DNA of 64,000 nt, from assembly GCA_038204425.1 (NCBI GenBank), contig JBBRCZ010000001.1:448001-512000 (forward strand). Direction: 5' to 3'. Every line of letters starts with the position of its first letter. Within the stretch, counting starts at the first letter, position 1. The stretch is from Spirochaetia bacterium. GTDB taxonomy: Bacteria; Spirochaetota; Spirochaetia; DSM-27196; Salinispiraceae. A model generated the notes under the pieces. That model worked only from the letters and a program-made list of their open reading frames with translations, ran no database searches and had not been told where the DNA came from. This document shows positions 34,901 to 44,621 of the stretch, one piece after another. Both the position numbers and the translations under genes were made by a program.

Positions 34901-36460
34901 AAAATAGTCGTAGAGCAAACGCGGTTTGTCGGACAAGCAGGCCAAAGCCGCATCATTACCCATTGAACCCAAGGGTTCGTTACCAGTTTCTGCCATCGGC
35001 TTGAGGATCTCGCGCAAATGCTCGAGAGTATAGCCAAACAATCGCTGTCTTTCACCCAAACTGGATGCATCTAAGCCCGGTGCCGCGTATTGCGGTAAGT
35101 CGTTCAACCGAATTCGCTGCTGTTCCAACCAGTTTGAATAAGGTCTGGATTGGGAAAATTTTTGTTTTAGTTCGCTGTCGTCAATAATGCGACCTTCTTC
35201 AAAGTTGACCAAGAACATTCGGCCAGGCTGCAAGCGACCTTTCTTAACAATCTTTTCCTCGGGAATGTCCAGCACTCCGACTTCCGAAGCCATAATGACA
35301 TGATCGTCGTTGGTTAAATAGTAGCGGCTTGGTCGCAGTCCGTTACGGTCCAAAGTTGCACCAATATATTTTCCATCGGTAAAAACAACTGAAGCAGGAC
35401 CGTCCCAAGGCTCCATAGAGTTTGAAAAGAACTCATACATGGCCTTCTTTTCATTATCCATGTGTGGGTGACTCTGCCAAGCTTCAGGTATCATCATCAT
35501 GACAGCCTCAGGCAAGTCCCGCCCGCTCATAATTAGTAGCTCCAAGACATTATCAAAATGACCGGAGTCAGAAAGATCCTTCTCGTTGACAGGGAATATT
35601 TTTTTTAGGTCATCGCCCAACAAAGTGCTTTGTAGTTTGCCTTCACGGCCCTTCATTTTATTGACGTTGCCACGAACGGTGTTTATCTCGCCATTGTGAC
35701 TCATATATCGCAAAGGTTGCGCACGATCCCAACTGGGAAAAGTGTTGGTCGAAAACCGACTATGAACCATGGCGAGGTGGCTTTTAAAATCGGGGTTATG
35801 CAAGTCCTTAAAGTAGGCAAAAAGCTGCTCGGGCATCAGCATACCCTTGTAAACCATGACTCTAAGCGAAAGGCTGACCACGTAAAAGAAATCCTCTGGA
35901 TCAAACTCAGACTGTCCGCGGATAGCGTGACTGGCTTGTTTGCGGATTACAAAGAGCTTTCGTTCAAAAGCATCCTGATCCAGCCCCTTGCTGGCAATAA
36001 ATGCCTGCATCATAACCGGTTCCGAAGCTAAAGCGGTGGGTCCAATCATTGAATTGTCGACAGGAACCTTGCGCCATGCCAAGAACTCTTGCCCTTCGGC
36101 TTGGACGATGTGTTCAAATTTAGTTTGACACTTGGCCATCAAAGCAGGATCTTGCGGCAAAAAAACTATGCCGGCTGCCCAGGATCCCCTAGCGGGAAGC
36201 GTCAACCCAAGCTCTAACTTGGCAACTTTTTCTAAGAATTCAAAGGGCAGAGTTGTTAAAATACCGGCACCATCGCCCGTATTTCGTTCTGCACCAACCG
36301 CACCGCGATGCGTCATGCGTACCAAAATTTCTCGGGCATCATCGATTATTTGATGGCTTTGCTTGCCTTTTATGTGCGCAACAAAACCGACTCCACAGCT
36401 ATCGTGTTCAAATTGTGGATCATACATACCCTGCTTCTTGGGGCGTTGTCGCAATGCCAT
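31934..36460 (-). CDS. gltB: Glutamate synthase large subunit
   Basis: HDSCGVGF N-terminal Cys, HSRFSTNT, AQGAKPGEGG, CIMLRKCH...C; ATG 36460 with GGAG RBS. Confidence 0.98.
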   Translation of the reverse strand: MALRQRPKKQGMYDPQFEHDSCGVGFVAHIKGKQSHQIIDDAREILVRMTHRGAVGAERNTGDGAGILTTLPFEFLEKVAKLELGLTLPARGSWAAGIVFLPQDPALMAKCQTKFEHIVQAEGQEFLAWRKVPVDNSMIGPTALASEPVMMQAFIASKGLDQDAFERKLFVIRKQASHAIRGQSEFDPEDFFYVVSLSLRVMVYKGMLMPEQLFAYFKDLHNPDFKSHLAMVHSRFSTNTFPSWDRAQPLRYMSHNGEINTVRGNVNKMKGREGKLQSTLLGDDLKKIFPVNEKDLSDSGHFDNVLELLIMSGRDLPEAVMMMIPEAWQSHPHMDNEKKAMYEFFSNSMEPWDGPASVVFTDGKYIGATLDRNGLRPSRYYLTNDDHVIMASEVGVLDIPEEKIVKKGRLQPGRMFLVNFEEGRIIDDSELKQKFSQSRPYSNWLEQQRIRLNDLPQYAAPGLDASSLGERQRLFGYTLEHLREILKPMAETGNEPLGSMGNDAALACLSDKPRLLYDYFKQLFAQVTNPPIDSVREKIIMSLKTSIGPERNILDINPEMAHRLVLEHPVLTNEQLQQLKNMDYRGWKSRLIDITYPLSQGQGGLKSGLKRIAKEVEHAIAEGFSLVILSDRLVSTNQLAIPALLAVGAVHQHLIRVSKRTQIGLVLESGEPRDVHQFCALTGFGADAVNPYLAFESMWQMFDQGLFAHGFTRELITKGYLKAIEYGMLKVFGKMGISTLESYKASQIFEAVGIASEVINECFTGTASRIEGVGFEQIAAEGIARHNLAWPLGNAPIGFESINPGDLNYRWNGEKHMWDPESITNLQMAVRQNSKSHYDAFAAIQNQRSNQQFTPRGLLRFKSGSTAIPLSEVEPANAIMKRFATGAMSFGSISQEAHETLALAMNAIGGKSNTGEGGEMPERFNPLPDGTSKRSAIKQVASGRFGVTNEYLANADEIQIKMAQGAKPGEGGELPGAKVFEVIAKTRHTTPGVGLISPPPHHDIYSIEDLAQLIFDLKNANPKARISVKLVSEVGVGTIAAGVAKAHADHILIAGHDGGTGASPFTGIKHAGLPWELGMAETHQTLVMNDLRSRVTLQTDGQLKTGRDVVIAALLGAEEYGFATAALISVGCIMLRKCHKNTCSVGVATQDEALRKKFAGKSEHAVNYFSFVAEDVRAIMASLGVRSLDEIIGRADLLEADPEVLMWKSQGIDLSALLEKPRNELAKTGSLCCIPQEHGIQTVLDRTIIKDSQQAIEQQKPTSLSYPIKNTDRSVGTMLSYEIASRYGLAGLAQNTLKIDFRGHAGQSFGAWLAKGVHFQLEGDCNDYVGKGLSGGELVIYPPKNSVFRAEENIIIGNVAFYGAIQGRAFISGTAAERFCVRNSGADVVVEGVGDHGCEYMTGGKVLILGATGRNFAAGMSGGIAYVYNINGNFADQVNTGMVELESLSDKVEIAEVKSFIEKHAQLTGSKRAMEILQDWDKNLSKFVKVISPAYRSIMQKKAAAAVH

Positions 36461-36753
36461 ATGGGCTCCTTCCTCTCTTGAGGTCAACGGACAAAAATAC
36501 CTTCTAACGGGAGTCAGAAGCTTGTACTAACAAGGGTGTCGTCTCCAGTCAGATACAACGCTGCTCAATGGTCAATTCAACAGCGCTGCTATGATAATCA
36601 GCACTAACGCTCTTGGTAAATAATGATAGCTAGCCGGAATCACATTTTTTTGCAAAAAACTACTTTTCTGTACAGATGTCCTTCAGAAAATCCTACATTA
36701 GCGTATGATTAGCTATAAAAATATCCAAAAATTGGCTTAAGTCTGCCAGAATC

Positions 36754-38367
36754 TTATTGTTGTAGCTTGGCAATGATTTCCAAGAGACTCGCCAAACCAT
36801 TGGACTTTTTGTCCTTTAGACCAAAAGTCATTGACCCGCTCAAAATGTTATTGCCTTGATATGCATCCACCGAAATAGAAATCTCTTCAAGCTTTTCTAA
36901 CAGGCTCTGAACCTCAGGCGGCATTGGTAGATTAGCAGAACTATCAGCAAAAAAGCTAAGAATTGTAGAAATGTCAGCATGAATTACCAAGGATTTGCCA
37001 ACAAATTTTTTGAGCAAGGATTCAGAAATTGAGATTGGCCTTATAGTTTGTCCTAAGTAGGCCTTGGCAGGCTCTTCTTCAAAGAAAATGTAAGCATTGC
37101 TGTCTCGCAATACTATAAAGGGAGCAACTGCCTGACCTTCTTCGTCCAAGTCGGACCATAGTTGGCCTTGTTTGATCATGTCACCCTTCTTAACCCTTCC
37201 ATCAAGCCATGCGACCGCCTTTTTGGCATCAATAAGAGACACGGTCAACTGTCCTTTTATGTTTGGCTGACCCTGCCTATCTAGACTGCCTCCGGCAGCC
37301 AACAGAACATCACCCTTAATGAGCTTTAAGAACTCAACTAGTTCGTCAAAGCCCGATTGATCGCTCCCCAGGAGCTCAGCTATTTTGGTTTTGTTCTCGG
37401 GTGTTTGAATAAAACCAAGCAGGTTAGTTTGTGAAAAGGAAAAACCTGCAAACATAAACAAATCAGCAACTCCTGCTTGCTTTAGAAGATCTTTATTTAG
37501 CGCTTGCATCAGCTTTAATAGGCGTTGATCCATAAATTTCTGACTAACGCTGAGTTCTAGATCGCAAACAAGCAGTCCTGGACCATTTTCAAGTGTCAGG
37601 ACGAGATTGCTGTCCTTAAAGAGCTTAGTAATAGAGTCAGGTTCGGATGTCTTAGTGTCAGAAAAGGCAACATTTCGTTTGAACAAGTCGTCAAATTTGC
37701 CGGGTTGCGAAAGTAAGCTATAGAAATCAAACCATACTTTAAAGTCTGAATCTTTTTTGATCATATTTTGTAGCGCTTGATTTTTTGCCAAGAGACTCGT
37801 TTTTCTACTGGCTTGGACGGCTATACTTTCTAACCAAGTCTGCAAACCCTGAGCGTTTGTGGTTTTGTCTACCAACATGATGCCAAGATTGCCTTTAATC
37901 GCTAGCAAAGAAGAATCACTGGCAAAAACCTGGCTAAACCCAGTTTTTACCCTTGACTGTGTTCTGGGCTGGCTTTTTACTTCTGTTTTTTGAAAAAATT
38001 TTATCAAAGATTGTGAATCCTTGACGGAAAAAATAAATTGCATCGCTGTTCCGCCTTCACTTCTACCAAGAAACCCCATAACTATTGGTTTGGTAAAGTC
38101 GATGCCTAGAATCTCAGGATTAGCTATGAAATCTTTTTCTGCTTGGCCGCTTTCCTGGTCAAACATACCGTCAAAAAATCCTTGAGATAAAAGTTTCTCA
38201 GCGTTGGCTTTTTTGGATAGTGAGTCTAAGTTCATAGTAGCAACGATACTAAAATCGGAATCTAAATAGTCCAAAAGTTCCTGACCCAGACCTATACTGG
38301 CTTGAGAACTGAGTCCGAGAACAAACAAGATCACAACATTTACCTGAATCAGCATACGTTTTTTCAC
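36754..38367 (-). CDS. Exported hypothetical protein (DUF4836-like)
   Basis: Signal peptide; 'NPEILGIDFTKPI' and C-terminal 'LKDKKSNGL' recall DUF4836 proteins (from memory, unverified). Confidence 0.45.
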   Translation of the reverse strand: MKKRMLIQVNVVILFVLGLSSQASIGLGQELLDYLDSDFSIVATMNLDSLSKKANAEKLLSQGFFDGMFDQESGQAEKDFIANPEILGIDFTKPIVMGFLGRSEGGTAMQFIFSVKDSQSLIKFFQKTEVKSQPRTQSRVKTGFSQVFASDSSLLAIKGNLGIMLVDKTTNAQGLQTWLESIAVQASRKTSLLAKNQALQNMIKKDSDFKVWFDFYSLLSQPGKFDDLFKRNVAFSDTKTSEPDSITKLFKDSNLVLTLENGPGLLVCDLELSVSQKFMDQRLLKLMQALNKDLLKQAGVADLFMFAGFSFSQTNLLGFIQTPENKTKIAELLGSDQSGFDELVEFLKLIKGDVLLAAGGSLDRQGQPNIKGQLTVSLIDAKKAVAWLDGRVKKGDMIKQGQLWSDLDEEGQAVAPFIVLRDSNAYIFFEEEPAKAYLGQTIRPISISESLLKKFVGKSLVIHADISTILSFFADSSANLPMPPEVQSLLEKLEEISISVDAYQGNNILSGSMTFGLKDKKSNGLASLLEIIAKLQQ

Positions 38368-38431
38368 AAAATCCCCCTAAAGTCGTTTTAAGTCTATGCT
38401 GCAATTATGCAACCTTCAAAAAATTAAAAAA

Positions 38432-40345
38432 TTACATAGCTTCCAAAAACGGTAAGTTTAAAAGCTCAAATCCTGTTCTGAGTACTTTTTCAACGCCCAT
38501 AGAAAGCAAAAGTCTGGCTTGTGCACAGCGTTGATCGCTGGCGTTGATGACCGGTAGGTCATGATAAAAGCGGGAGAAAGCTTTGGCGATGTCGTAGAGT
38601 CGGCACGCAACGCGGCTTGGATCAAGCTCTGCCCCCGCCTGAGCTAGTAGCGCCGGCCACGACTCGAGTAACTTGGCGAGTTCCCATGCTTGATCCTCTT
38701 GCAGTAATTGAGCATCAAGGTCCGCCATCAGCGGCATAGCGTGGGGCCATTTCCGGATCATGCTACAAATCCTGGCCCCCATGTACTGTAAATAGGGTCC
38801 GGTGTTGCCATTGAATGACAGACTTTCTTCGGGGTTAAAGATCATATCTTTGTCTGGACTAACTTGGAGCAAATAGTAATGGAGAGCCGCAAGTGCCACA
38901 TTAAAGGCTGTCCCTTGCACTTCTGCTACATCGGCTTCTCGGCCGCGATTGCGAATTTCGGCCTCGGCGCCTTTGCTAAGCTCGTCCAACAAGTCATCAG
39001 CGTCGACTACGGTTCCCTCACGGGTCTTCATGCGCCCAGAAGGCAAGTTTACCAAACCATAGGAAAGGTGATGCAACTTGTTTGCCCATGTGTGCCCAAG
39101 CTTAGCAAGGCAATGAAAGAGCACTTTAAAGTGATAGTCTTGCTCGTTGGCGACGACATAGACGGCTTGATCAAAAGGCCAAGTTTGGTGACGATTTATG
39201 GCAGTTCCAAGGTCTTGGGTCAAATAGATGCTGGTGCCGTCAGCCCGCAAGACCACTTTTTGGGCGTTTTCTTGGGATTGCGCACTGTCCTTCCAAGGTA
39301 ATTCAACTACCACTGCTCCATCAGCACGCTTAAAAAAAGCTCCACTTGCTAAGCCATGCTTGACTTCTTCTTTGCCCATGAGGTAGGTCTCGTGTTCGTA
39401 CTGAATCCAATCAAAGGCGATGCCAGTTTTGCGGTAGGTTTCCATAATTCCATCTACCGCCCAACGGTTCATTATGGCCCACAGTTGCTTGACGGCAAGA
39501 TCATCGTTCTCCCAGGCCTTTAACATTTCTTGAGCTGATGCGCCAATTTCAGTTACCAGCCATAGCGCATCGTCGTCTTGATCTATGAGGTCGGGGCGAC
39601 TGAGCCTAAGGGCCGCAATTTGAGATTTAAGCTCGTTTTGGAAGCGAACATAAAGCTGGGCAACATAATGGTCACTTTTGAGCCCAAGTTGCTTAGGATC
39701 TTGTTCATTGCCCCAGCGTTGATAGGCCACCATTGACTTGCAAATATGGATACCACGGTCGTTAAAGAGGTTAACCTTGCGAACTTCGGCTCCATTAGCC
39801 GTTAGGATACGACTAGTGCTCTCTCCCAGAGCATTGTTGCGCAAGTGGCCCAGATGCAGTGGTTTATTGGTGTTAGGGCTAGAAAACTCGACAAGAACTC
39901 GTTGGCCAGCCAGACTTTTACCACTGCCCCACCGGCGTCCTTCTTGCTCGACAAGTGCCATAGACTCGAGCAAGTCTTTTTGGAATGCAGCCCTGTGGTA
40001 GCTCACGTTGCAGTAAGGACCCTCTGCCTTAACTGTGCCCAAGTTACCAGATTCAAAGTCAAGAATCAAACTCTGGTCGAGAGTCGTGTTAAGCGCCTTC
40101 CACTCTTGTCCTTCGATACTTAGCGACATCGCCAATTGGACAGCTAACTGCGCAGGCGCTTTTTTGAGTAATTTGGCAAACGGAAAAAGCGGAAAAGCCA
40201 AATCGCCATGCTCGCTGCTTGTTGGAGTTTCAGCTTGTAAACCTGTAAAGATGATTTGACTTGCTATTCCAATATTTTGACTCTTGGCATAATAAACTAA
40301 GGCATTGCCAATTAGGACTTTCCAAACTTCTTTGAGATCCTGCAT
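38432..40345 (-). CDS. argS: Arginine--tRNA ligase
   Basis: EFSSPNTNKPLHLGH, NDRGIH, MKTREG, GNTGPYLQY, C-terminal FLEAM. Confidence 0.96.
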   Translation of the reverse strand: MQDLKEVWKVLIGNALVYYAKSQNIGIASQIIFTGLQAETPTSSEHGDLAFPLFPFAKLLKKAPAQLAVQLAMSLSIEGQEWKALNTTLDQSLILDFESGNLGTVKAEGPYCNVSYHRAAFQKDLLESMALVEQEGRRWGSGKSLAGQRVLVEFSSPNTNKPLHLGHLRNNALGESTSRILTANGAEVRKVNLFNDRGIHICKSMVAYQRWGNEQDPKQLGLKSDHYVAQLYVRFQNELKSQIAALRLSRPDLIDQDDDALWLVTEIGASAQEMLKAWENDDLAVKQLWAIMNRWAVDGIMETYRKTGIAFDWIQYEHETYLMGKEEVKHGLASGAFFKRADGAVVVELPWKDSAQSQENAQKVVLRADGTSIYLTQDLGTAINRHQTWPFDQAVYVVANEQDYHFKVLFHCLAKLGHTWANKLHHLSYGLVNLPSGRMKTREGTVVDADDLLDELSKGAEAEIRNRGREADVAEVQGTAFNVALAALHYYLLQVSPDKDMIFNPEESLSFNGNTGPYLQYMGARICSMIRKWPHAMPLMADLDAQLLQEDQAWELAKLLESWPALLAQAGAELDPSRVACRLYDIAKAFSRFYHDLPVINASDQRCAQARLLLSMGVEKVLRTGFELLNLPFLEAM

Positions 40346-40390
40346 AGCATAGTGCTCCTGTAACTCTTGTCGCTTAAAATTCTGCCACTA

Positions 40391-41323
40391 CTATAGCGGC
40401 TTTTGCTCGGCTTGTCCTGCAAATATTGCCAGCATACGACCATAGGATTGCGCACCGTCACGACGAAAGGAGTGCAGGTAGCCCGAACTAGCCGTACTGT
40501 CGCTTGCATACTGGAAGCTAGACACGCTTATTGCTTGGGAAAAAGGTCTTCTTTGGCAATTGGCTTGGCCTTGAGCTAGGGCTATATTAGCTTGCAGTAG
40601 GCTAATGGCATACCGACCATCGCTTGCTAAGCTCACTGTTTGTTCTCCAAAACGCTGAGCAAACAACCTTGAGCGCTCAAAAGGTATGGGATAATCCTGG
40701 ACTGCAATGGCTGGCCCGGCCATGATACTAAGCGATAGAGCTTGCTGAGATGCCGAGGCGATAGCCTGTAGTGCCACCGCCAAAATTCCAGTACTCTGCC
40801 AACCAGAATGCAATAGGGCTCGCCATTGTTTACCTTCTTGATCAATTGCTTTAACAAAAAGTGGCATACAGTCAGCTACAGTGACAGACAGGCTAAGACC
40901 TGCAGCAAATGATTCTTTAAGAATGATACCATCTGCTTGATAGGAAGCACAGAAACCAGCTGACGAGCCTTTATAACCAAGTGCTGGCAATTCATCAATT
41001 TCAAGCTCCGATTGACCACTATCGGTCAAAAACAAACGGCCTTCAAAGACACGAGCAATTCCTGGCTCGCAAAGCATCAGCACACGCAAACCGTGCACCT
41101 GCTTGCATCCAAGCAGATGTGCTAGGGCATGTTCTGTCCTGAGTTGTGGTAAAATTGTCTGGGCGGCAAGCAGCGCATTGCGCCTTTGCATTGCCTGCTG
41201 ATCAAATCCCGATGGCCCCAAATCGCCAGCATTACGCAAAGTAATCGCGCAATTTTCCCAGGGCAAGCTGCTTATGATGTCGTGTGAATCTACAGAAAGG
41301 TCAAAGGCTTTCACTTGAAGCAT
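40391..41323 (-). CDS. PgeF/YfiH (laccase-domain) family protein
   Basis: KQVHG, ADGI, TVADCMPL, LHSGWQST, GPAI, HSFRRDG. Confidence 0.8.
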   Translation of the reverse strand: MLQVKAFDLSVDSHDIISSLPWENCAITLRNAGDLGPSGFDQQAMQRRNALLAAQTILPQLRTEHALAHLLGCKQVHGLRVLMLCEPGIARVFEGRLFLTDSGQSELEIDELPALGYKGSSAGFCASYQADGIILKESFAAGLSLSVTVADCMPLFVKAIDQEGKQWRALLHSGWQSTGILAVALQAIASASQQALSLSIMAGPAIAVQDYPIPFERSRLFAQRFGEQTVSLASDGRYAISLLQANIALAQGQANCQRRPFSQAISVSSFQYASDSTASSGYLHSFRRDGAQSYGRMLAIFAGQAEQKPL

Positions 41324-41485
41324 AGTAGTCCTCGGCTTTTTTTATCAGCTTGGCTGGGGGCTCAACAGCCTCTTGCACCTTGACAAAGTCCCCTGCAAAG
41401 GTCAATACCATGGTTCTAAGCTTTTTTGTTTGACCCATTTTTGGTCAATTTTTCTATGACTGTCACATGCAAGAAAGGAAGCATT

Positions 41486-43021
41486 ATGGAACAAATCTAT
41501 ATATTTGATACGACACTGCGCGATGGGGAACAATCTCCCGGTGCAAGCATGGAGATGGAACAAAAACTTGAATTGGCACGCCAATTAGAACGTCTTGGCG
41601 TCGACGTTATCGAGGCGGGTTTTCCTGTTTCTAGCCCAGAACAGTTTAAAGCTTGTCAGGCTATAGCCAATGAGATAAGAGGCTGCTCAATTGCCGTTCT
41701 TTCTCGTGCTGTAGAAAAAGACCTCGATGCAGCGATAGAGGCCGTCAAAGGTGCAGCCAAACCAAGGATACACACTTTTGTGTCTACCTCCGATATTCAT
41801 ATGAAGCACAAGCTCAAAAAGGATCCAGAAGCGGTTTTGCAAATGGCTGTTGCCGCTGTAAAGTACGCTCGCAACAAAGTTGCCGAAGTCGAGTTTTCTC
41901 CAGAAGATGCCACTCGGAGCGACTTGGACTTTATGTGCCGTGTCTTAGAAAAAGTAATTGACGCCGGTGCCACTATTCTCAACATCCCCGACACCGTTGG
42001 CTACACCACCCCCGATGAGTTTGCGGCTACTATTAAAGCTATACGCAATCGTGTGCCAAACATCGACAAAGCAATTATCTCGGTGCATTGTCACAACGAC
42101 CTTGGCTTGGCGGTAGCAAATACCTTGGCAGCCTTGCAAGCTGGTGCACGCCAAGCAGAAGTTACCATCAATGGCATTGGCGAACGTGCAGGAAACGCCA
42201 GCCTGGAAGAACTGGTTATGGCCCTCAAGGTTCGCAAGGATACTTTGGGCATGGAAACAAATATCAACACGCAAGAAATTTGGCGAAGTTCCAAAATGCT
42301 GTCAAACATTATTGGTTTTCCTATTGCTCGGAACAAAGCAATAGTGGGCGAAAACGCTTTTGCACACGAATCCGGCATCCATCAGGATGGCATGCTTAAA
42401 AATCGTCAGACCTATGAAATAATGACCCCTCAAAGTGTTGGCCGCAGCGATTCAAAGCTGGTTCTTGGTCGCCACTCAGGCATGCATGGCTTTAAGAGTC
42501 GCCTTGCAGAGCTGGGTGTCAAATTGGAAGCCAACGAGCTCGAACATGCCTACCAACGTTTTCTTGAGATTGCCGATCGTAAGCGAGAAGTCTTTGATGA
42601 AGACTTACTGGCTTTGGTAACTGAAGAACTGCACCACGGCGAGAACCAACATCAACTTGACTATTTTACTGTTTTTTCTGGTAATTTGGCGATACCAACG
42701 GCAACTGTCCGACTTGCAGTCGGTAGCGAAAAAATAGAAGAGGCCGCAACCGGTGACGGACCCGTTGATGCTATTTTTAAAGCAATTGACCGCTGCCTTG
42801 GCATAACGTCGTCGTTAATAGAATACCATGTGCAGGCCTTAACGCCGGGGCAACAAGCCATGGGTGAAGTAAGCGTATTGATTGAGATTGATGGCTTGAG
42901 ACTGAGCGGTCGTGGTAACTCAACTGATATTTTGGAAGCTTCGGCTCGAGCTTATCTTAGTGCTTGCAATCGTCGTATCGTTATGAAGCAGTTTCGCAAC
43001 CCGCAGGGGATGTCGTTATGA
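41486..43021 (+). CDS. leuA: 2-isopropylmalate synthase
   Basis: FDTTLRDGEQSPG, EFSPEDA, HCHNDLG, GIGERAGN, HESGIHQDG, C-terminal regulatory domain. Confidence 0.95.
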   Translation: MEQIYIFDTTLRDGEQSPGASMEMEQKLELARQLERLGVDVIEAGFPVSSPEQFKACQAIANEIRGCSIAVLSRAVEKDLDAAIEAVKGAAKPRIHTFVSTSDIHMKHKLKKDPEAVLQMAVAAVKYARNKVAEVEFSPEDATRSDLDFMCRVLEKVIDAGATILNIPDTVGYTTPDEFAATIKAIRNRVPNIDKAIISVHCHNDLGLAVANTLAALQAGARQAEVTINGIGERAGNASLEELVMALKVRKDTLGMETNINTQEIWRSSKMLSNIIGFPIARNKAIVGENAFAHESGIHQDGMLKNRQTYEIMTPQSVGRSDSKLVLGRHSGMHGFKSRLAELGVKLEANELEHAYQRFLEIADRKREVFDEDLLALVTEELHHGENQHQLDYFTVFSGNLAIPTATVRLAVGSEKIEEAATGDGPVDAIFKAIDRCLGITSSLIEYHVQALTPGQQAMGEVSVLIEIDGLRLSGRGNSTDILEASARAYLSACNRRIVMKQFRNPQGMSL

Positions 43022-44604
43022 ACAAAAAAATAGCCATATTTGATACTACTTTGCGTGATGGCATGCAGGGTATAGAAATTAACTACACACTCGATGACAA
43101 GCTACAAATCGCCCAAGCCCTCGACGATATTGGCATTGATTATATTGAGGGCGGGTTTCCTCTGGCCAATGAAAAAGAAGCAGCGTTTTTTGAGGCTTGC
43201 AAAAACATACGATTTAAGAACTCTCGCATTGCGGCTTTTGGCAGCACGCGGAAACCAAGCACTAGTGCCAGCGATGACCCTATGTTGCGTGCCCTACTCG
43301 ACGCTCAAACTCAAACCGTCGTGATTGTAGGAAAAACCTGGAAGGCGCACGTTAGCAAGGTGCTTGGCACCAGTGTTGAAGAGAATCTAAAGATGATAGA
43401 AGACAGCGTGCACTTTCTAAAAAAGGAAGGCCGAGAGGTCATCTTTGATCTTGAGCATTTCTTTGATGGATATAAAGATGACCCCGACTATGCCAAACAA
43501 GTTTTGTTGACCGCGAGTGCTGCAGGTGCCGATGTACTGGTTCCTTGCGATACTAACGGTGGCACATTGCCGCAAGAAGTAGAAAAAATCTATCGGGATT
43601 TAGCAATGGTTAAAGGCTTGGTGGCACTTGGCGGCCATTTTCACAATGACTGCGGGACAGCCGTCGCCAACAGCATTATTGCCGTTAGCGAAGGCGCGGT
43701 CCATATCCAAGGCACCATCAATGGCTGGGGGGAGCGCACTGGAAACGCCAATTTGTGCGCGATTATGCCCAACCTTGTGCTCAAAATGCATCACCAAGCC
43801 ACCTGTGCACCACACCTAAATAAACTCACTAGTCTGTCGCGCTTTGTCGCCGAAAAAGCCAATATTATCCCAGACAAAAGGCAACCCTATGTTGGCGTTG
43901 CGAGTTTTTCGCACAAAGCTGGACAACACGCTGACGTTATAATTAAGGCAGCCCATTTAATGGAACACCTTGATGCTTCCTTAGTCGGCAATGAACGTCA
44001 ACTACTAGTCAGTGAGCTGGCTGGCAAGGCTACCGTGATGGAAAAGATGAAGAGGTACGGGTCGTTTGCAAAGAATGATGCGGTCATAGCAAAAATTTCT
44101 CAGGTCTTAAAAGAAAAAGAAAGCGCTGGTTACGAATACGAAGCTGCAGAAGCAAGCTTTGATTTAATTATGCGTCGAGCTTTGTCGATCTATCGACCTT
44201 TGATCAACCTCAAAAATTACCACCTCGAGTCTTTTAAGACGGCGGACAGTCAGTCCAAGACGGTCGGTCGTATGTTTCTTACCAGTAATAACAAAGAACT
44301 TATGGGAGCCGCTGTTGGCGTTGGACCAGTTCAAACATTAGACGGCGCTATGCGCGACGCTCTGAGTGCCCACTTTCCTTTTATTGCCGGCATAACCCTA
44401 ACCGACTACCGTGTACGTGTGCTCAACCCTGAGTCGGCTTCTGCAGCCAAGGTAAGGGTTTTTATCACTTCAAGCGACAAGATCCATTCTTGGGGAACCG
44501 TTGGCGTTAACGAAAATATCATAGAAGCTTCATGGGAGGCACTTGTTGACAGTCTTGAATATTACTACAACAATTTTGTGCCTGAGTCCCACAAAGGTCT
44601 TTGA
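43018..44604 (+). CDS. cimA: (R)-citramalate synthase
   Basis: DTTLRDGMQG, DLEHFFDGYK, CDTNGG, HFHNDCG, WGTVGVNENIIEASWEALVDS; ATGA overlap with leuA. Confidence 0.9.
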   Translation: MNKKIAIFDTTLRDGMQGIEINYTLDDKLQIAQALDDIGIDYIEGGFPLANEKEAAFFEACKNIRFKNSRIAAFGSTRKPSTSASDDPMLRALLDAQTQTVVIVGKTWKAHVSKVLGTSVEENLKMIEDSVHFLKKEGREVIFDLEHFFDGYKDDPDYAKQVLLTASAAGADVLVPCDTNGGTLPQEVEKIYRDLAMVKGLVALGGHFHNDCGTAVANSIIAVSEGAVHIQGTINGWGERTGNANLCAIMPNLVLKMHHQATCAPHLNKLTSLSRFVAEKANIIPDKRQPYVGVASFSHKAGQHADVIIKAAHLMEHLDASLVGNERQLLVSELAGKATVMEKMKRYGSFAKNDAVIAKISQVLKEKESAGYEYEAAEASFDLIMRRALSIYRPLINLKNYHLESFKTADSQSKTVGRMFLTSNNKELMGAAVGVGPVQTLDGAMRDALSAHFPFIAGITLTDYRVRVLNPESASAAKVRVFITSSDKIHSWGTVGVNENIIEASWEALVDSLEYYYNNFVPESHKGL

Positions 44605-44621
44605 TCGCAAGGTCCGAGAGT

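Noticed and set aside
36688..36699. 12-mer AAATCCTACATT upstream of gltB matching the reverse complement at 63295-63306, plus palindromes TTTTTTGCAAAAAA and TCTGTACAGA nearby
   Set aside because: Short AT-rich matches that can arise by chance, and no cognate regulator can be assigned
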